51,109 nt of DNA from a virus (lineage: Duplodnaviria > Caudoviricetes): the IMG/VR virus record IMGVR_UViG_3300035493_000046, positions 1-51,109 of that record, one strand, 5' to 3'. The translations under genes were made by a program, and so were the position numbers. The notes under the pieces are model-generated. The model saw nothing but the letters and a program-made list of their open reading frames with translations, had not been told where the DNA came from and did no database searches. Of the stretch, positions 47,422-51,109 are shown piece after piece (position 1 is the stretch's first letter; each line of letters opens with the position of its first letter).

Positions 47422-48381
47422 ATGGATGTTGGAAATTATATAGACTTTGATGAAAATCAAAAACATCAAAACACAATATGGACTTTTGTTGATAGGGGTG
47501 ATGGTATTGCAAAAATACAACAAGAAGTCTTAGAGTGGGCAGTGCAGGGGGATTCTGATTCGGTATGGTTAAAGTACCCAGAAGTTGTCACAAGTAATTT
47601 TGATTTTGACAACTTGGTTGAAGGTGCTGATGCTCTTTGTGATAATGTGAACTCTGAATATCCGAAGTTCTTGGAAATGGTGTTCAACACACCAAAAGCC
47701 CGACTAAAAGAAATCCAATCAACTCGTGAGGTTGTTTGTGATTCCATTCTGATTCTTACAAAGAAACGATACATCGCAAGGGTTGCTGATGAAGAAGGAA
47801 AGCGTTATAATCCCTTCAAGATGAAAATCATGGGTGTTGAGATTAAGAAAGCCAACACCTCAACCATGACAAAGAAGTTTCTAGTTGAACTTGTTGACCT
47901 TATTCTTGATGGTAGAAGTAGAGATGATGTTATCCAGAGAATAAAGGAAATGGAACAAGAGTTTAAGTCTGCTAACATCAAGGATGTTGCAACAACAATG
48001 AATGCTAAAAAGGTTAAGTCTGCAACGGAAACTTTTGAGTTGACAGGAAAAATGAAAGGTGTACACTATGCGTCTAAAGCGGCTGTTGTATATAATAATC
48101 TTTGCGGTACTTCTGATAAAAAAGTTATGCCTGGGGATAAAATTTGTTTGGTCTATGTCAATCACCAAATGGGGGCTATTGGCTTCCCTGCTGAGATTAA
48201 TACATTACCAGAATGGTTGCTTGAAATCCCATTAGATTATGATAAAATGTGGGCTAATGCTAAACAAACTATGACCAACTATCTCAAGGCTTTAGGGTGG
48301 GATATTGAATCACAGAAAGAAGCATTATCAGAGGAGTTGTTTGGATTAACTAAAGTAAAGAAAAAGGGGAAAAGAAATTGA
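47422..48381 (+). CDS. Family B DNA polymerase, C-terminal subunit (gp43B-like: motif C, thumb)
   Basis: QGDSDS, KKRY, KIMGVE and GDKI motifs; own AGGGG SD. Confidence 0.9.
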   Translation: MDVGNYIDFDENQKHQNTIWTFVDRGDGIAKIQQEVLEWAVQGDSDSVWLKYPEVVTSNFDFDNLVEGADALCDNVNSEYPKFLEMVFNTPKARLKEIQSTREVVCDSILILTKKRYIARVADEEGKRYNPFKMKIMGVEIKKANTSTMTKKFLVELVDLILDGRSRDDVIQRIKEMEQEFKSANIKDVATTMNAKKVKSATETFELTGKMKGVHYASKAAVVYNNLCGTSDKKVMPGDKICLVYVNHQMGAIGFPAEINTLPEWLLEIPLDYDKMWANAKQTMTNYLKALGWDIESQKEALSEELFGLTKVKKKGKRN

Positions 48382-48548
48382 TTGAAACATTAACTGCGGG
48401 TGAGGTTATTCAATATTTTAAAAGTCTTAATCTTCATGTTGATATGGAAGGCATGGCCTTCTTTTTAGAAAACTATTTAAACTCTAATAATGAATATTAT
48501 AAAGAAGATTTGATTGACTATATTAATAACGGAATGGGGAGAAACTAA
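48378..48548 (+). CDS. Small hypothetical protein (56 aa, below the track cutoff)
   Basis: TTG overlaps the upstream TGA and the ORF fills the gap exactly to the ligase ATG. Confidence 0.6.
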   Translation: MIETLTAGEVIQYFKSLNLHVDMEGMAFFLENYLNSNNEYYKEDLIDYINNGMGRN

Positions 48549-49907
48549 ATGAAACATATTTTAGAATATATCGAAGAAATTACTAATACATCGTCAAGAA
48601 AAGAAAAAGAATCTTTACTTGAAGCCATTCGTCTAAATAAAGAAATCAGACCAGAATTTGAAGCCATCTTTACATGGACATACTCACCAACCATTGATTT
48701 TTATATCAAGGACTTAAAAGACCTACCAGAAGGGATTTATAATCCTCAATACGATATGTCATCAACACAAAATGCCCATCACTACACAGAACTATTTGAA
48801 CGACTATCAAAGCGTAAGGTAACAGGAAACGAAGCCAAACAGCTTATAAGCGACTTTCTAGCTTCTAATGATACAATGACACAAGAATTGATTAAACGTG
48901 TCGTGAAGCGTGATTTACGGGCTGGTATCAGTGCAAAAACAATCAATAAAGTATTCACTGACTTAATCTATGTTCACCCTTATATGAGATGTGACACTCT
49001 TAATGATAAAACCATTAAGGGGCTTTCTTATCCATGCATCAGTCAAGTAAAACTTGATGGAATGTATGTTGACATTGTTGTGAATGATGGTAAAGTGACG
49101 TATATGTCACGCAAGGGTTCTATTCTTCCTTTTAATGACACACAAAGAGATGAAAAGCTTTTAGAGTTTGCTGATAACCAAGTTATCCAATGTGAAGCCT
49201 TGGTTGATTCTGATGATACCGTTGAAGGGATTCTTAACCGGGCAAGTGGCAATGGTTACTTAAACTCAGATGACATTGATGTTTCTAAGATTCGATTTGT
49301 TGCATGGGATATTATTCCTTATGATGATTTCATTAAAGGAAAGTGTGATATAGTATATGTGCAACGCTTCTCTAAGATTGAAAAGATTTGTTATCTTGTA
49401 GGTGACTTCTTAGAACTTGTTGATACGGTTGATTGCCATAGAATGGAACACATTGTTGACCATTTTAAAGAAGTCCGTTCATTTGGTTTAGAGGGAACAG
49501 TGGTTAAGAACTATGCAGGAGCATGGAAAGACGGAACAAGCAAAAATCAACTAAAGGTGAAAGTGGTAGCTGAGTGTGATTTGGCGATTGTTGGGTTTAA
49601 TGGTGGCGAAGGTAAGAACGAAGGGCTGATTGGTTCATTGGTTTGTCAAACATCTGATGGATTGGTTGAGGTATCCGTTTCAGGATTCACGGATGCTGTT
49701 AGAAGTGAACTCACCAACAATATTAATGAGTTGATCGAAAACAAAACAATAATCACCGTAAAATTTAATGATATTCTTAAGAATGAGAATACCGACACCT
49801 TGTCCTTATTCTTGCCTAGATATGTAAGAACACGGTTTGATAAAACAGAAGCGGATACTCTAGAGGATATTAAGAAAATCTTAGATTCTTTTGAATTCAG
49901 TCAATAA
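48549..49907 (+). CDS. ATP-dependent DNA ligase (gp30-like)
   Basis: DLRAG, KLDG, SRKG, AWD, EGTVVKN, K.K and LFLPRY...R.DK motifs. Confidence 0.93.
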   Translation: MKHILEYIEEITNTSSRKEKESLLEAIRLNKEIRPEFEAIFTWTYSPTIDFYIKDLKDLPEGIYNPQYDMSSTQNAHHYTELFERLSKRKVTGNEAKQLISDFLASNDTMTQELIKRVVKRDLRAGISAKTINKVFTDLIYVHPYMRCDTLNDKTIKGLSYPCISQVKLDGMYVDIVVNDGKVTYMSRKGSILPFNDTQRDEKLLEFADNQVIQCEALVDSDDTVEGILNRASGNGYLNSDDIDVSKIRFVAWDIIPYDDFIKGKCDIVYVQRFSKIEKICYLVGDFLELVDTVDCHRMEHIVDHFKEVRSFGLEGTVVKNYAGAWKDGTSKNQLKVKVVAECDLAIVGFNGGEGKNEGLIGSLVCQTSDGLVEVSVSGFTDAVRSELTNNINELIENKTIITVKFNDILKNENTDTLSLFLPRYVRTRFDKTEADTLEDIKKILDSFEFSQ

Positions 49908-49943
49908 ATACTATTGACAAGTTTTTATAAAAAGGAATATACT

Positions 49944-50324
49944 ATGTTTTTAGAAATGGTTGAACAAGAACTAGAGAATCTTAGAGAAGACTACGAAGAC
50001 AATCTCATTGACTTCTTGGCTGATGCTTATGAAGGTGAGTATGAGATGATGAAAGAAGAAATGAAATTGTCTGATGAAGAATATGAAGAAATCGTGGAGC
50101 AGATTGTTAAACGTGTTGATTCTAAAGGGAATGTGAAGCGAACACAGTCACGTAGGATTCGTAAGGCTAGAGCCGCACAAACCACCGGGTTAAGTAGAAG
50201 TGCTTTACGTGCTAGGGGGAAGAAGGCGGCTAGAGCAAGACGAGCCAATCCTGCGGCAGTCCGACAAGGTTTGCGTAAGCGCAGAAAAGCATTGAAGCGC
50301 AGAAAGCAAATGAACATCAAATAA
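49944..50324 (+). CDS. Prohead core protein (T4 gp68-like)
   Basis: Acidic N-terminus then IVK.V.S.G...R..A.QTTGLS....ANPA....RKR.KALK.RK, as recalled for T4 gp68; AATAAATA at 49903. Confidence 0.85.
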   Translation: MFLEMVEQELENLREDYEDNLIDFLADAYEGEYEMMKEEMKLSDEEYEEIVEQIVKRVDSKGNVKRTQSRRIRKARAAQTTGLSRSALRARGKKAARARRANPAAVRQGLRKRRKALKRRKQMNIK

Positions 50325-50369
50325 AGGGGAAAATCCATAACCCCCACCCCTTCCCCCTGATATACCCCC

Positions 50370-50395
50370 AAAACCCCCACTATAAGGGGGTTTTT
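50370..50395. terminator. Probable bidirectional terminator preceded by C-tracts
   Basis: AAAACCCCC-ACTATAA-GGGGGTTTTT. Confidence 0.7.
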
Positions 50396-50598
50396 CTTAC
50401 TAAATCCCCCTTAATGAATAAATATACAGTAATTTTACCTATATAAACTCACTTTTTACTAAGCAAAAATACCCCATTTAAATTTTAATTTTTTACTTGA
50501 CAAACTAAAAATTTTATGTTATTCGCGTATGCGCGTTTATTTTTATTATTGATTTTTTGCCTTTTTAAAATTATTTTCAAAAATTAGCATTTTTGCGT

Positions 50599-50988
50599 AT
50601 TTACCTTTTTGCCTATTTTGATATAATAGGCATCAACAAGCAAGCAAAATCATTTTTTTCTTAGCTTGTGTAAAACGATTTAAAATTAAACTTGCTTTTT
50701 AATTTTAAATCTGTATAATGGTTTACAAGTTCTTTAAAATCTGGTTACTGATTCTAGTCTATCTAGTCTATCTAGTCTTATTTTCTTTTTGTTGGAATTG
50801 TCACATTAAAGGCACTTATCAACGACGTAAGGCGCAAAAGAAAATTGGTATAATAATTCGCGAAAGTGTAAAAAATACCGCTTGACAAAAAAGGTAAACT
50901 ATGAAATAATGTAACCAAGTTTTTGAAAAGTGTTTTTAAATTTAGTTTTTAAAAACCGCTTGACAATCTAGCCCATTGGGTGTAGAAT
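50599..50988 (+). promoter_or_regulatory. Tandem sigma70 (early) promoter array
   Basis: TG-n-TATAAT 50622; TTGCTT-16-TATAAT 50692-50719; TTGACA-17-AATAAT 50882-50910; TTGACA-17-TAGAAT 50960-50988. Confidence 0.8.
50753..50779. repeat. 9-bp tandem repeat, three copies
   Basis: TCTAGTCTA TCTAGTCTA TCTAGTCTT. Confidence 0.85.
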
Positions 50989-51055
50989 GGAAAGCAAGTC
51001 AAAACTAGACTTAACCCGTGTAAACGTAGAAACTCAAAAATAAAGGTGGTGTAAA

Positions 51056-51109
51056 ATGAAAGTAAAGCCCATGGTATCAAGTAAAGGAAATAAGGTCGCG
51101 AATCAATTC
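51056..51109 (+). CDS. Early phage protein, 3'-truncated
   Basis: AAGGTGG SD; MKVKPMVSSKGNKVANQF. Confidence 0.6.
   Translation, partial: MKVKPMVSSKGNKVANQF

Noticed and set aside
47300-47560. Split intein joining the PolB halves
   Set aside because: No Cys/Ser-initiated intein N-part and no His-Asn + nucleophile junction visible
670-50380. Antisense and nested ORFs in the track (e.g. 1718-2200, 33709-34164, 35762-36352, 50027-50380)
   Set aside because: Shadows of well-supported genes on the other strand or frame, with no SD or motifs
15551-51109. Additional VR targets of the same TR
   Set aside because: By-eye search found no second copy of GTTCGTGCAGTCCGC or another lectin-type C-terminus; a computational scan of the full genome is still needed

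Overview
This AT-rich window is part of a large T4-like myovirus genome. From 1 to about 30.4 kb it holds a late tail module: tape-measure-like protein, gp53/gp27/gp5/gp25/gp6-like baseplate genes and a long array of fibre and Ig/PKD/LamG proteins. Next come the large terminase, an N-formylglutamate amidohydrolase and a minus-strand late cluster. A replication/recombination block follows: UvsX, Dam-type methylase, UvsY, UvsW, a DnaE fragment, GroES-like, AAA+/VWA/ClpP, DsbA, split gp43, ligase and gp68. The window ends in a tandem sigma70 promoter array. The standout is a complete diversity-generating retroelement (DGR) in the tail module: target fibre 11712-13568 with VR 13459-13551, avd, TR 14310-14396 and RT. 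By hand alignment, 25 of 26 TR/VR substitutions sit at TR adenines and 19 of them are A->G. The VR carries an in-frame 6-nt duplication absent from TR. The avd promoter lies inside a 16-bp inverted repeat, the TR is enclosed by a predicted long-range RNA helix, and a terminator found three times in the window sits between TR and RT. Four small genes each appear broken by a single lesion, which the ORF track hides. All calls are from motif recognition by eye; no database searches were run.
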